Shown here: one piece after another, positions 12,508 through 25,174 of the stretch | Position numbering within the stretch: the stretch's first letter is position 1 | Layout of the letters: each line of letters starts with the position of its first letter | From: Takakia lepidozioides | Taxonomy: Eukaryota > Plantae > Bryophyta | NCBI GenBank assembly: GCA_030704615.1 | Contig: CM060733.1 | Location: 62,310,001-62,374,000, forward strand | DNA length: 64,000 nucleotides | Reading direction: 5' to 3' | Made by a program: the position numbers and the translations under genes | The notes under the pieces: model-generated | Database searches by the model: none | Seen by the model: only the letters and a program-made list of their open reading frames with translations | What the model was told of the DNA's origin: nothing

Positions 12508-13584
12508 GTGCCATTGGGGAGAGTTGGTGTGGCTCGGGAAATGCCAGTGGGTGGGGCTGCAAAGCAAGGTGCAACCAGTATATTGTTGGGGGCAGCTACG
12601 ACAATTTGTCAAGCTTCATTGTTTTCCGCAATGACAATTGCAATGTCGGGGATTCGGCCAGCTGCAGTGTTTAGACTGGCGGCTGCACTATGTGAGAGTG
12701 ATGATGCATCGACACTATCTGGGGGGGTAGTGGATAATGTGCCTTGCATGGATACCCTAGATTCAAGGGTGAAGATAGCCATAGCTGCGCCATGGCAAGC
12801 GGCAGCAGTAAGGTTGCAGGAGTTGCCAGCTAGACCAGCCATTGAACGTAGTATGGTGACTTCTGGGGTAGTCCTGAGGTTGGACAATCAGGATGGTGTA
12901 TTTCAGTTGGGTGGCCCAGCCGGGAGGAGGTATAGGCCATTGCGGGTCTTGTTGGACTCGGGAGCACAGCCATTGATGTTGGGGAGAGCAGCAATTTCAG
13001 GCTTGGGCCTTACAGAGGCGGATTTGGAGCCTTGCCCTTTCCAAATTCAAATATCTTTGGGCGGTTCAGAGAAGGCACGAGGGATTACACACCATGAGCT
13101 CTTTATTCGATTGCAGCCGGATCATCCTACGGACGGCTCAGTCATGAGAGCCAAAGCCATTGTTACGGACGCGATGTCCTATGATGTGCTTGTTGGTGGG
13201 GCTGTGTTATACCCCATGGGATTTACCCTGGACTTTTGGGAGGAAACGATATCCTACAGGCCAGAATGGCAGTCAAGGGATGGCCGACGTGCACTGCTCC
13301 CAGTGCGGTTTATTGGGAATGTAGCGGTGGATCATAGGAACATGATGCCCACATTGACTGCATTTTCAGGGGTGGTGGCTTGGGGTGGTGAGCTCTTGGA
13401 GGGCAATAGCTATGCAGATGATAGGCCACCACCTGATGAGGACAAACAATTGGCATACAAGGCTGATTTGCTTCCTCAAGTGTCTGTTCATATTCCACTG
13501 TGGGGTACAATTGGGAATTTGCATCGAGTAACAGGCGAGTGTGTGCACCAAGCATGGCAGGAGGCCTATCCATTTGATGAGTGA
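12508..13584 (+). pseudogene. Retroelement aspartic protease region
   Basis: VLLDSGAQP active-site motif; YDVLVG downstream motif. Confidence 0.75.
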
Positions 13585-13664
13585 GGGGAGTTCAGTGACG
13601 TCACCTGGACCTCCTCAGTTAGCTCCTTCGGACACAGTGCCCATTACTTGGCAACCACCTTACT

Positions 13665-14355
13665 AAGGGATTTGTTTGCTAGACATGTTTGGAGGCATGA
13701 GCACTGGGCTTGCAGGAGTGTTGCAAGCAGGGATTAAAGTATGCAAGTACTTGTATGTGGAGGATGAGATAGCTCGGCGTATTTCTATGCGCCACATCGC
13801 CTTACTCACACACCGATATCTTGAGTTGTTGCCTCTCTCAGCAATTCAAGGGTATCAAAAGGCCTTGCCAGCAGACATTGCTGGGGGCGGATGATTTGGA
13901 CCGGCATGGTGCCATTGACTTGGTGATAGCTGGATGGCCTTGCCAAGGACACTCTCCCGCAGGTCATGGGAATGGCTTGCATGATGCACGATCGCATTTG
14001 TTTTGGGAGATGTTGAGAGTATTGCATGACTTGCAGACAAGGCAAGTGCAACCTCTAGCCTATATCTTGGGGACTCTCGGGCCAGGGTTATGGCCAGTGT
14101 GCATCAGGTACGGTCTTGAAATGGATCGGCGGTGCTATTGGATGCAGCACTGGTGGAATCACGCGCGCATCGACCTCGATTGTGGTGGACCAATCTTGCA
14201 CCACCAGAGTTACTCAAGAGAGCATACGATTCTATTCAACGGCCACCCAATCTCACAGTTGAGGGCATTTTGGACCAAGGGAGGCAACCACAGAGGGTGC
14301 GACATGATGACCGTCCACCTCTAGCAGTGGTCAATCGAGTGGGGTTGTCGCGCAC
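13665..14355 (+). pseudogene. C5 cytosine DNA methyltransferase within pol (truncated)
   Basis: LLDMFGGMSTG (motif I), IDLVIAGWPCQGHS (IV), AHRPRLWWTN (VIII). Confidence 0.85.
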
Positions 14356-15911
14356 CTCACTTCGGTAAGCTCCCCTTCAAGTCATAGTTACTCGCTTTGA
14401 TGCGCGCGCCTGACTCCCAACCTGGCCGCCGGGCCAACTTGGAGCTTCGGCTGCTCACCGGGGCATAACGGTCCCCCCTTTGTTCTCCCAAAGAACCCTC
14501 CACCGATTTGGAACCAGCGGGAATTCCCTTTGGTAGTTGGCAGTCCGGAACAGCTCCCCACTCTTTGGTCGCTTTCCGGCTCGCTCGCTTACTCACTAGT
14601 TTTTGGTCACCAACGGGCTTGCACCGTTCTCGGGGTTACTACTCCCTATATATACTTCTGTAGCTGTCCGCGGGGGTTTCACAACCAGCCATGCCATTTT
14701 ATGGCGAACCACCACGAAGACCCTCGATTCCCGGTGGTGAGTCGCGGTGAGTCTTGGCCCACTCACCGCGGCCCCAATGGACCGTGATGAGTCCCAAGAC
14801 TGCCCACGACTCCCACCTCGAGGTCTCCACCCCATGGTGAGTCCTATGCCACCCCCACTAAGTCCCGCTAAGCTACCACCACCCCTTGTGGAGCCACCCC
14901 CACCGCAACCCGGTGTGCGGGGCTCCACCTAGTGAGCGCCTCCGCCTCCTTGAGTGCCTTGGGCACTCAAGGATGCTTCAGCCCCCGTACCTATCGCTGC
15001 TACTACCCCCACCACAGGGGCAGCCCCTCTTGTGTCTCGACCCCCCTTGCCCTCAAGGCAAAGGGCCGCGACACACACCCCTACCAACAGGGAGTCGATG
15101 TCCTCATCGACTTGTCCATTTTGTAGAAACGAACATCCAAGTTGTGGCGTCCCACATCAAGGAGTTTGTTTCCGTACCATGGCGTCCCATGGCAAAGAAC
15201 CAAACCCCACACTTGACTCCACTCTCCACTAGCTAGTTCGGCCGACTTCCTCCAAGTCCCGGCCAAGGGTGGAGCCCCTCCAGCTCCTCCCAGTGCACTC
15301 TTCTAGGCCTACTTCAAGGCCAAGGAACGATCCTCCCCGAGGATCGAATCGCCTTACTGCAACAACATTGCTTGCGATCGCTCATGAGGCCGCTTTTGGC
15401 ATCACCTTGAGCAAGGGTTCACCTGGAACCCTCTTTGACTAGGAAGATAACCTTGAACCAACCGTGCGCCCCAATCACTGCAATTGGGTCCGCCTTGGGA
15501 ATGCTGGCCTGAGGTACGGGAACACGCCGAAGCCGCACTACGACTTCGTCCCGAGGCTACACGATTATAGTACGTGAACGGAAGCACGTAGCTTCCGCGT
15601 TAGCCCGCACTACAAGGCAACCCCCTCGGTAGCGCAGTTATAGTACGCGCACGCGCCAGGTGCGCACTAGCACATGAACTAAAGGCTTGGACAAAAGTGT
15701 CTCCTCGTGGACTTTGCATCATTAAGAAATTTGAATCGTTAAGGGTACGCCTGCCGTTCGAAAAACAAACATCATTATCCAACGGTCAGGCCGCGCCGCC
15801 TCGTGCCACTTCAGTCAGATAGAGTGCAGACATGTGCCGCAATTCCGTTGCTCCACGTGTTCAAATTTCATGGCATTTCCGTCCCAGCGTCTGATGGGTT
15901 GGAGTGAAAAA

Positions 15912-17850
15912 GCAAATGCGGCGCCGCATTTCCATTAAGTACCATCCCGAAGCTACACATACCGTACTTGTTGGAAGAAAATGCGGCACCGCATTTCCGT
16001 GCCACCTTCACAAACCTTAGTTGTTGAACGGAAATGCGCTGCCGCATTTCCGGTATGGAGAGTATGAAAGTCTCACACCGATAGAAATGCGGCACCGCAT
16101 TTCCGTCCCACAGCTCCATGCCTGAGATACAAAAGGGAAATGCGGCACCGCATTTCAGTTCCCGTGGTTCATGATTTTCAATCTGAACGGAAACGCGGTA
16201 CCGCATTTCCGTTCCACCTTCACATACCTTAGTTGATGAACGGAAATGCCGTGCCGCATTTCCGTTCGGGAAAGTATGAAGGTCTCACCTGGACGGAAAT
16301 ACGGTGCCGCATTTCCGTCCCACAGCTCCATGCCTCATATACAAAACGGAAATGCGGCGCCGCATTTCCGTTCTGGAATGTTGGAAGGTGCGACTCGGAC
16401 GGAAATGCGGTGCCGCATTTCAGTTCCCGTTGTTCATAATTCTAAATCAGAACGGAAATGCGGTACCGCATTTCCGTTTTGGAGAATATGAAGGTCTCAA
16501 ACGGACGGAAATGTGGTGCAAAATTTTCATCCCTCCGCTCCATGCCTGAGATAGAAAATGGAAATGCGGCGCCGCATTTCCGTGCTGGTATGTCGGAAGG
16601 TGCGACTCGGACGGAAATGCGGTGCCGCATTTCAGTTCCCGTTGTTCATAATTCTAAATCAGAACGGAAATGCGGTACCGCATTTCTGTTCTGGAGAGTA
16701 TGAAGGTCTTAACCGGTCGGAAATGCGGAGCAGCATTTCCGTCCCTCGGCTCCATGCCTCAGATACAAAACGGAAATGCGGCGCCGCATTTCCGTTTTGG
16801 AATGTCGGAAGGTGCGACTCGGACGGAAATGCGGTGCCGCATTTTAGTTCTGATGGTTCACGATTTTTAGTCAGAACCGAAATGCGGTACCGCAATTCCG
16901 TTTTGGAGAGTATGAAGGTATCAAACGGACGGAAATGCGGTGCAAAATTTCCGTCCCTCCGCTCCATGCCTAAGATAGAAAACGGAAATGCGGCGCCGCA
17001 TTTCCGTTCTGGTATGTCAGAAGGTGCGACTCGGACGGAAATGTGGTGCCGCATTTCAGTTCCCGTTGTTCATAATTCTCAATCAGAACGGAAATGCGGT
17101 ACCGCATTTCCGTTCTGGAGAGTATGAAGGTCTTAACCGGTCGGAAATGCGGTGCAGCATTTCCGTCCCTCGGCTCCATGCCTCAGATACAAAACGGAAA
17201 TGCGGCGCCGCATTTCCGTTTTGGAATGTCGGAAGGTGCGACTCGGACGGAAATGCAGTGCCGCATTTCAGTTCCGATGGTTCACGATTTTCAGTCAGAA
17301 CGGAAATGCGGTGCCGCATTTCCATTCTGGAGAGTATGAAGGTCTCAAACGGACGGAAATGCGGTGCAGCATTTCCGTCCCTCAGCTCCATGCCTCAGAT
17401 ACAAAACAGAAATGCGGCGCCGCATTTCCGTTCTGGAATGTCGGAAGGTGCGATTCGGACGGAAATGCGGTGCCGCATTTCAGTCCCTCAGCTCCATGCC
17501 TCAGATACAAAACGGAAATGCGGCGCCGCATTTCTGTTCTGGTATGTCGGAAGGTGCGACTTCGGACGGAAATGCGGTGCCGCATTTCAGTTCCCGTGGT
17601 TCATGATTCTCAATCAGAACGGAAATGCGGTACCGCATTTCCGTTCCACCTTCACATACCGTGGTTGTTGGATGGAAATGCGGCACCGCATTTTTGTTCT
17701 GGAGAGTATAAAGGTTTCCCCCGGACGGAAACTCGGTGCCGCATTTCCGTCGCACTGGTGCATGACTAAGATGTAAAATGGAAATGCGGCGCCGTATTTC
17801 CGTCCAACAACAATCGAAAGTATCACTCCGGACGGAAATGCGGAACCTCA
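15912..17850. repeat. Array of ~36 22-bp palindromes GGAAATGCGGCGCCGCATTTCC at 53-bp period with 212-bp higher-order unit
   Basis: Palindromes start at 15977, 16030, 16083, 16136, 16189, 16242 and so on. Four to five recurring 31-bp spacer types. Confidence 0.95.
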
Positions 17851-18245
17851 TTTTTGCATGCGGAACCTCAATTGGTTGCATTGTTCCGAAACAGCACAAT
17901 TGCGACCTGAATGAGCACAACTTGGTCGTCTGACCGTTTTAACTAACAGTCCGGGCACTTGTCAGTGCGAACGTTCATGTCTGCACCGAGAATACTGCTG
18001 GATCCACCCTCAGGAGAAACTGTCAGGAGATGTTATTTCGTCGCCGAATCGGCCATCATTGTCATACTTACTGGCTATGGAATCACACCTCCCACCTTCA
18101 TGTATGTAGCTTGAAACAATACTTTCCACCTCAATGTGCGACTTCCAATCGTCGATGGACTCCGTAGATCCACTTACATGGTGCCTGTGAGCCTTGGTCT
18201 GTCGCTATACTGAACCTCGCACTTGCCAACTTCGTGCGGTCTTTG

Positions 18246-19281
18246 ATGGCTCCGAATTCCTACGCTATAGTTTGCTGTCCTCCGCAACTTGGGAGAGCCT
18301 GGATCCCAAACGAGGAAGGACTTTGCAGAGTGACTGAAACTTACCTTTGTTCCAAATTCAAGCTCAAACCGGGCACAGTTTATTTGGAAGAAGAAAGGAA
18401 GGATGTTCCTGGACAGGTTGATGAGACCATTGTCGTGCTAGGTAACGACGGAGGTTGCGGAATCAAATGGCACGTACCCCCATCAGACACCATCCTGTAC
18501 CGAGCTGTGGGAATGCCCATTCCCTTTCCGAATCAGTCGCTGCCCACACCATCCACAAAGGAGTCCGGAACCCGACAGCCGGCCACTGCCAACAGAGAGG
18601 TATGCAACGATAATCATTCCCGACCTGGACCGTCAAGACCCTCCATAGCTTCTCGTGTGGACGTATTCGACATTTCCGACGAGGAAGATGAGTGCATTGA
18701 GGTCCCCATGTCCTCCACACGGTTGTTCAAATCCGACATGGACGTCTCTGCAGGTGCTACGCATGTACCCTCGAGCATAACTCCAACCCGGTCCATTGTG
18801 CAGCTCCTACGGCAACATCACCTCGATGGTTCTCGCTCCGAGCTGTCGACTATGCCATATTTCCAGTCAAGAAGATAACGTATCTGCCTCCCGAAGTCGA
18901 TGGCAATGTCATCTTCGAGTTTCCACCTATTACTTCCTCAAACAAAGCCTAAGGGATGTTAACAGACATGGATCGAAAGCATGACGGACACCCCTGGTGT
19001 GTGACGAAGACCAGTAGCACGAAAACTGCTGATGGTGTTCGTGTACGATATGTCCTCTGTGCGGGGAAGCTGAGGTGCCTCAATCCCGCCTGCTTCCACT
19101 TTCTCTCCAAAGGAGGGCGGAGAAACGAGACGGATTGGACTGGCACAACCCATCATCCATTCATTGTCTCTAGCCAAGCTCATGCGAGTACTTTCAAGTG
19201 CGTACATTGCAAAGAACCACCGACGTGCATGTCCATGTGCAGATCCAAGCAATATTACGTAATCCATTTGCTCCCGGACTT
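18246..19281 (+). pseudogene. Element A transposase, 5' part with GCM-like zinc domain
   Basis: DGHPWCVTKT...LCAGKLRC...CVHCKEPPTC...YYVIHLLPD|LTRACIHVGVHCHP follows the GCM Cys/His pattern W-C-G-C...CxxC...C...GxHxHP. Frameshift at ~18870. Confidence 0.75.
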
Positions 19282-19499
19282 GAGGTTAGCTATTTCATGA
19301 GCATGAGCGGCATGAGCGGAGTAGTAAGACAATCAGTTTTCATGAGCAGAAGTACAAATTTCGAAAATAAAAAACAATAAAAAACATTAATTTAATGCAA
19401 TGTGTCAGGAAAAACAAATATATTATTCGGCCCCTTGAAGGGAAAATTGTAGTTTTGACAGTTGTGCTCATGATATTTCGTCTTCCGCTCATGCCAATT

Positions 19500-19850
19500 C
19501 CCAGCGACATGTGCAAATATGGCGCCGAATTTCGCGGTAATAGGGTCCGTAACCTGAAAAAACGGCGACGTATTTCGCGGTAATAGGTCTCTCTGGCGAA
19601 AAATGGTGCCGAATTCCGCGGCTATAGGTCCCCTCATGACAGGTAATTCGGCGCCATTTTTCCAGTGCATGTTCGGACTTAGCCAGCTTTCGGCGCAAAA
19701 TAGGGAAATTCGGCGCCATTTTTCCAGACACTGTACCAGTGCATGTTGGGACTTAGCCAGTTTTCGGCCCAAAAAAGAGAAATTCGGCGCCATTTTTCCA
19801 GACACAGTACCAGTGCATGTTGGGACTTAGCCAGTTTTCGGCCATGTTTG
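19500..19850. repeat. Subterminal repeats of element B (GAAATTCGGCGCCATTTTTCCAG...GGACTTAGCC)
   Basis: Same motif as the array at 24487-25740. Confidence 0.85.
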
Positions 19851-19974
19851 TCGTGGGCATGTCGGTGTCGGAGTCGAGACACATTTCCTGCACAAGCACA
19901 TGTTGAGATTACAAGCAAGTTACAAATATGGCCAAGAATAATATTCAACGGGACGCGAATTTGTGCAACTCACC

Positions 19975-22010
19975 TCCCGCATATAGTCGCCGAACTGGAG
20001 GAAACGATAATGCCACCATGCTAGCCAACTGACCATTGCTCCCTCGTCTGATTTCCTTACAGCACCTGACGATGTCCACCAAGCCCGTATACATGCAAAC
20101 TGTGTCTCTGCATCATCCAAGGTGGGAGCGCGCTTCCACGCAAGGCACATGGAACGGTGCTCCTCTCTGAAATCTGGCGCCACGAGCCTGGTTGTGTACT
20201 GCGAAAGGCTCTGCAGAAAATGGAACCCACAAGATCTCTCCTTGCCTTCCATGGGAACATTGGGGTCTTGTCTGTACACCCTTCGGATGGCAGCCCAATT
20301 TGCTTGTGCGTTGTCTGCCATGAAACCACGGAAATTCGTAGGGGGCAATCCCGCCTTGGCCATCTGTTCGTTTATTCCCTGCCAAAGAAGCATCTCCGAT
20401 TGTGTGTCCTCTCCTTTCATCTCACAAATAGCAATTGTCATTAGCATCCTGCAGTGGGTGACGTAGACATGTGCACCCATTGTCACCCACTGGTGATTTG
20501 TAATTCGCTTGATATGGTCGAACATGACCCAACTGTTTGACAAGTCCCCACTCGTCATCCTGTCGACCAGTTCGACGCTGCTGCCAGGTCCACACGTGGA
20601 CATTTTGAATACGAAACAACGATCTGCCTCAGTCCCTTGTCCTGGAAACCTACTTCCATGAATGTAGTCATATCCACATCGTCGCTTCACCTCCAGAATG
20701 GAGTGCATATCCGAGCCACGCCCAAATTTCTGTTTGCATGAGACAATGTGGTTTCAGACATTCGGTGAACATACGTGGGACACCGACTCCAGCAATGCCT
20801 CCATTTCCTTCTCGTCGAGAGGAACTCTATCGGAGCCGTCTTCCGACATAATTCTGGCCAATGCCATCTTATGGGCGGCTTGGAGCTGTATCTGTTTGGG
20901 TTTGGCACCCGGTCTCAACTTAACCTCCTCCTGAACGAGCTGCTTTGCTTCGTGGGCAGCCTCCCGCGAGTTCCCCCTCGCCAATTTGTGACAATGGGAA
21001 CCAACGTGTATGCAAGCTCGGTGGTTCTTTGCAATGCGCACACTTAAATGTGCAGTTCGGAACCTTCTCCTGAGCTCGAAATGGTTGATGAGCTGTGCCT
21101 GTCCAATCGGTCTCGTTCCTGTGACCTCTGGATTTAAAGTGGAAGCAAGTTGGGGAGAAACACCGCAACGCGCCCGCACAAACAACGTAGCGCACCCGCA
21201 CACCATCGAGCATCTTCATGCTGGTGGTTTTGGTAACGCACCAAGGATGACCGTCATGTTTTCTATCCATATCTGTCAACATTCCGGACGCCCTCGAGTA
21301 GTCCGCCCGAGGAGGGAACTCAAAGAAGATATTACCGTCGACGTTGGCGGGAAGACATGTAACCGATTTAATTGCGAACTTGCTGTAGTCCAGCCCGGCC
21401 AGCTCCGACCGTGTCCCTCCAGGTGAAGCCCTCGCAGAATTTCAAGAATAGATCGAACGGCGGTGCTCGTGCTGGGAATATGACTCCCTCCTCCACTGAC
21501 GTCCATTGAGGACTTGCCTGATCTCCAGGACGACCTTAGAACTTCCATGACCTCGTCTGAGTCGGACAGGTTGTGAACAACCCGGTTCTCGCTCGTCTTC
21601 ATGGATGGGTTCGGCTCTGGATTTACTTCGTTGCGGACTTCTCTCTTTGAGGTAGCCACTCTCTGATTCGCGGATTGTTTCGTGGAAGGCGCCAGGATAG
21701 AAGGTGCATTTGGCGGGCAAAAGAAATCCCCAACAGCCCTGTATATGACGCTGTCCGATGGTGGAACTCGCCATTCCCTACCATCGCCGAAATCATCGTG
21801 GAGCACAATAATACTCTCGACAACAAGGCCGTTTGAGTCCTTCATTCCCTCCTCCAAAAAAACCGACCCCGGTTTCAGGTGGTATCGAACGCACAGATAT
21901 TTCTCCATCACCCGGCATATGTCCCCTCTGCACGGAAATGAAGCTCTATGCTCGTGAGGAGGGCAGTACACTGTAGTGCTCGGGTTTTCCGCCATGGGAG
22001 ATGTGCACAC
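19975..22010 (-). pseudogene. Element B transposase (GCM-like + first two catalytic Asp); last exon missing
   Basis: Closely similar to the A transposase. Frameshifts and a small deletion in the GCM domain (~21020). Ends at FGDYMRE followed by a gtgag donor, the same intron position as in A. Confidence 0.85.
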
Positions 22011-22299
22011 AAGACTGCCAGGATGGCGTGCGGGGAAGCTCCCTGGTAGAAGGGGGATGCAGCGATGGGAAGGAATGCGGTGCCGATTTGTCCGAGCGAC
22101 GAAGCCTGATCCAAATCCAAGGAGCCAACTATCTCAAAAATCCAGAGTCAGAGTGTTAATGAACCTTGTCTCCGGAATGCGGCCCCTGGTCTTTGCGCAA
22201 TAACTGCCAACGGTATGCAGTCAGAAAGTAGGGGGCCGTCCGGATGATGTCGGCTAAAGGGGAGAAGCCGGCACCGTGCCGTCACATTACTACACCCGA

Positions 22300-23325
22300 A
22301 TGGAAATTCGGCACCCAATACCCAACAGGGGCCACACGGATGAAGTCGTCTGGGGCAGAGATGCCGGCACCTGTCCGACAGAAAACATCCCCCCGGATGG
22401 AAATTCAGCGCCGAATTTCCATTCGGATCCACCCAAAGGAAGTCCTGTCGGGGGGTCAGGCCGAAAACTGGCCGACCTAAAAACCTCCGCGGATGGAAAA
22501 ACGGCGCCGAATTTCCATCCGAGGCCTTTCGGATGCTGTCGGCTCGGGGGAAAGGCCGCCATCTGGCCCTCACATTACAACCCCCGGAAGGAAATTCGGC
22601 ACTGAATATACAACAGGGGAAGCCCGGATGAAGTCGCCTCGGGCGCAGAGGCCGGCGCGTGTGCGATAGAGAACCCCCTGGATGGAGATTCGGCGCCGAA
22701 TTTCCATGTAGGCCCCCCCAAAGGAAGTCGTGTCGGGGGGTCAGGCCGAAAACTGGCCGGCATAAAAACATCCCCAGATGGAAAAACGGCGCCGAATTTC
22801 CATCCGGGGCGGTTCGGATGCAGTCGGGGAAGGGGGAGAGACCGGCACCCGGCCGTCACATTTCAACCCCCGGACGGAAATTCGGCACCGAATATCCAAC
22901 AGGGGAAGCCCGGATGAAGTCGGCTCGGGCGTAGAGGCCGGCACGTGTTCGACAGAGAGCATCCCCTATATGGAGATTCGGCGCCGAATTTCCATCCGGG
23001 CCCCCCCAAAGAAAGTCGTGTCGGGGGGTCAGGCCGAAAACTGGCCAACATAAAAACCTCCCCAGATGGAAAAACGGCGCCGAATTTCCATCCGGGGCCG
23101 TTCCAATGCAGTCAGGGAGGGGGGAGAGGCCGGCACCTGGCCGTCATATTTCAACCCCCGGACGGAAATTCGGCACCGAATATCCAACAGAGCGGCGGAG
23201 AGGCCGGCACCTCTCCGACAGAGACCATCCCCCGGATGGAAATTCGGCGCCGAATTTCCATCAGGGCCCCCTCAAAGAAAGTCGTAAAAACCTCCCAGAA
23301 TGGAAAAATGGCGCCGAATTTCCGT
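22300..23325. repeat. Array of GGAAATTCGGCGCCGAATTTCC palindromes, ~96-bp period, ~288-bp higher-order unit
   Basis: Copies at ~22302, 22399, 22495, 22590, 22684, 22780, 22876, 22972, 23068 and 23164. Confidence 0.9.
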
Positions 23326-23494
23326 CCGAGGCTGTTCCGATTTGCCTCTAGCAGTCAAGGATTCCAAGAAAAACGTGTCTACAAGTGCACTTCAGCCACA
23401 AAACAAACAGTTAGGTTTGTTTTTCTCCGAAAAATCAATCGGACACGCTCAGAATTACCTGCAGGAAGGTAATTCAGCGCTTCGAAATACCTGG

Positions 23495-24482
23495 CGAATG
23501 GAAATTCGGTGCCGAATATCCATACGCCAGCGATCCGACTTACCTGCTGGATGGAAATTCGGCGCAGGATTTCCATCCATCCGGGATTCGAATTACCTGC
23601 AGGATGGAAATTCGGCGCCAGATCTCCATCCATCCGGGATTCGAATTACCTGCAGGATGGAAATTCGGCGCCGGATCTCCATCCATCCGCCTCCGAATTA
23701 CCTGCTTGAAGGAAATTTCGCGCGCCGCCCTACCTTCGCGGATGGAAATCCGACGCCGGATTTCCATCCATCCGCCTCCGAATTACCTGCGTGAGGGAAA
23801 TTTGGCGCGCCACCCTATCTGCGCGGATGGAAATCCGGCGCCAGATTTCCATCCATCCGCTTTCGAATTACCTGCGTGAGGGAAATTTGGCGCGCCGCCC
23901 TACCGAATTTGCAGTGCCGACTTACCTGAAGGATGGAAATCCGGCGCCGGATTTCCATCCATCCGCGCTCCGAATTACCTGCATGATGGAAATTTTGCGC
24001 GCCGACCTACCTGGCGGATGGAAATCCGGCACCGGATTTCCATCCATCCGCTCTTCGAATTAGCTGCATGACAGAAATTTTGCGCGCCGACTTAGCTGGT
24101 GGATGGAAATCCGGCGCCGGATTTCCATCCATCCGCTCTTCGAATTACCTGCATGACGGAAATTTTGCGCGCCGACTTACCTGGAGGATGGAAATCCGTC
24201 GCCGGATTTCCATCCATCCGCGCCCCGAATTACCTGCATGACGGAAATTTTGTACCTGACGGATGGAAATCATACGCCGGATTTCCATCCATCCGCTCAC
24301 AAGTAACTTGCATGACAGAAATTTGCAGTGCCGACTTACCTGGAGGATGGAAATCCGGCGCCGGATTTCCGTCCATCCGCTCTTCGAATTACCTGCATGA
24401 CAGAAATTTTGCGCGCCGACTTAGCTGGCGGATGGAAATCCGGCGCCGGATTTCCATCCATCCGCTCTTCGAATTACCTGCA
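23495..24482. repeat. Tandem array with 30-bp perfect palindrome GGATGGAAATCCGGCGCCGGATTTCCATCC, ~85-bp unit
   Basis: Repeated with GAATTACCTGC linkers. Confidence 0.9.
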
Positions 24483-24486
24483 TCAC

Positions 24487-25133
24487 TGGAAAAATGGCGC
24501 CGAATTTCCAATTTTGGTGCCAGTCAGATCTGGGACTTAGCCATTTTCGGCCCCGAACTGGAAAAATGGCGCCGAAATAATAATAATAATAATAATAATA
24601 AAATCGCCATTTTTCTTGTTCGGGGCCGAAAACGGCGAAGTCCCAGATCTGACTGGCACCAAAATCGGAAATTCGGCGCCATTTTTCCAGTTGTAGGCCA
24701 GTCAGATCTGGGACTTAGCCATTTTCGGCCCCGAAAAAAAAATAAAAAATAAAAATAAAAAACAAAACGCCATTTTTCTTGTTCGGGGCCGAAAACGGCT
24801 AAGTCCCAGATCTGACTGGCACCAAAATCGGAAATTCGGCGCCATTTTTCCAGTTCTGGGCCAGTCAGATCTGGGACTTAGCCATTTTCGGCCCCGAACT
24901 GGAAAAAATGTCGCCGAAAAAAAAAAAAAAAAAACACGTTACTTTTCCAGTTCGGGCCCGAAAACGGCTAAGTCCCAGATCTGACTGGCACCCAAAATCG
25001 GAAATTCGGCCCCATTCTTCCAGTTCTGGGCCTAGTCAGATCTGGGACTTAGCCATTTTCGGCCCCGAAATGGAAAAAATGGCGCCATTTTTTCAGTTCA
25101 GGGCCCCGAAAATGGCACCAGTGGAAAAATGGC

Positions 25134-25174
<41 letters not shown>

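Larger units (their letters stand above)
9942..14355 (+). mobile_element. Ty3/gypsy retrotransposon copy 1 (LTR/leader, gag, protease, C5-MTase), 3'-truncated
   Basis: Colinear with copy 2 (10240-10720 matches 55945-56432; gag is highly similar). Similarity stops at ~14355 inside the MTase. Confidence 0.85.

Noticed and set aside
15970-15977. GTTGGAAG as left TSD of element A
   Set aside because: Not followed by a family terminus; it runs directly into an array palindrome.
15912-17850. CRISPR array (palindromic repeat + ~31-bp spacers)
   Set aside because: Spacers recur in a fixed cycle, there are no cas genes, the context is eukaryotic, and the same motif is subterminal in a transposon.
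15868-17920. Many overlapping ORFs (RKCGAAF/EMRRRIS/NGNAAPHF)
   Set aside because: Translation artefacts of the palindrome array. The same applies to the ORFs at 22148-25738.
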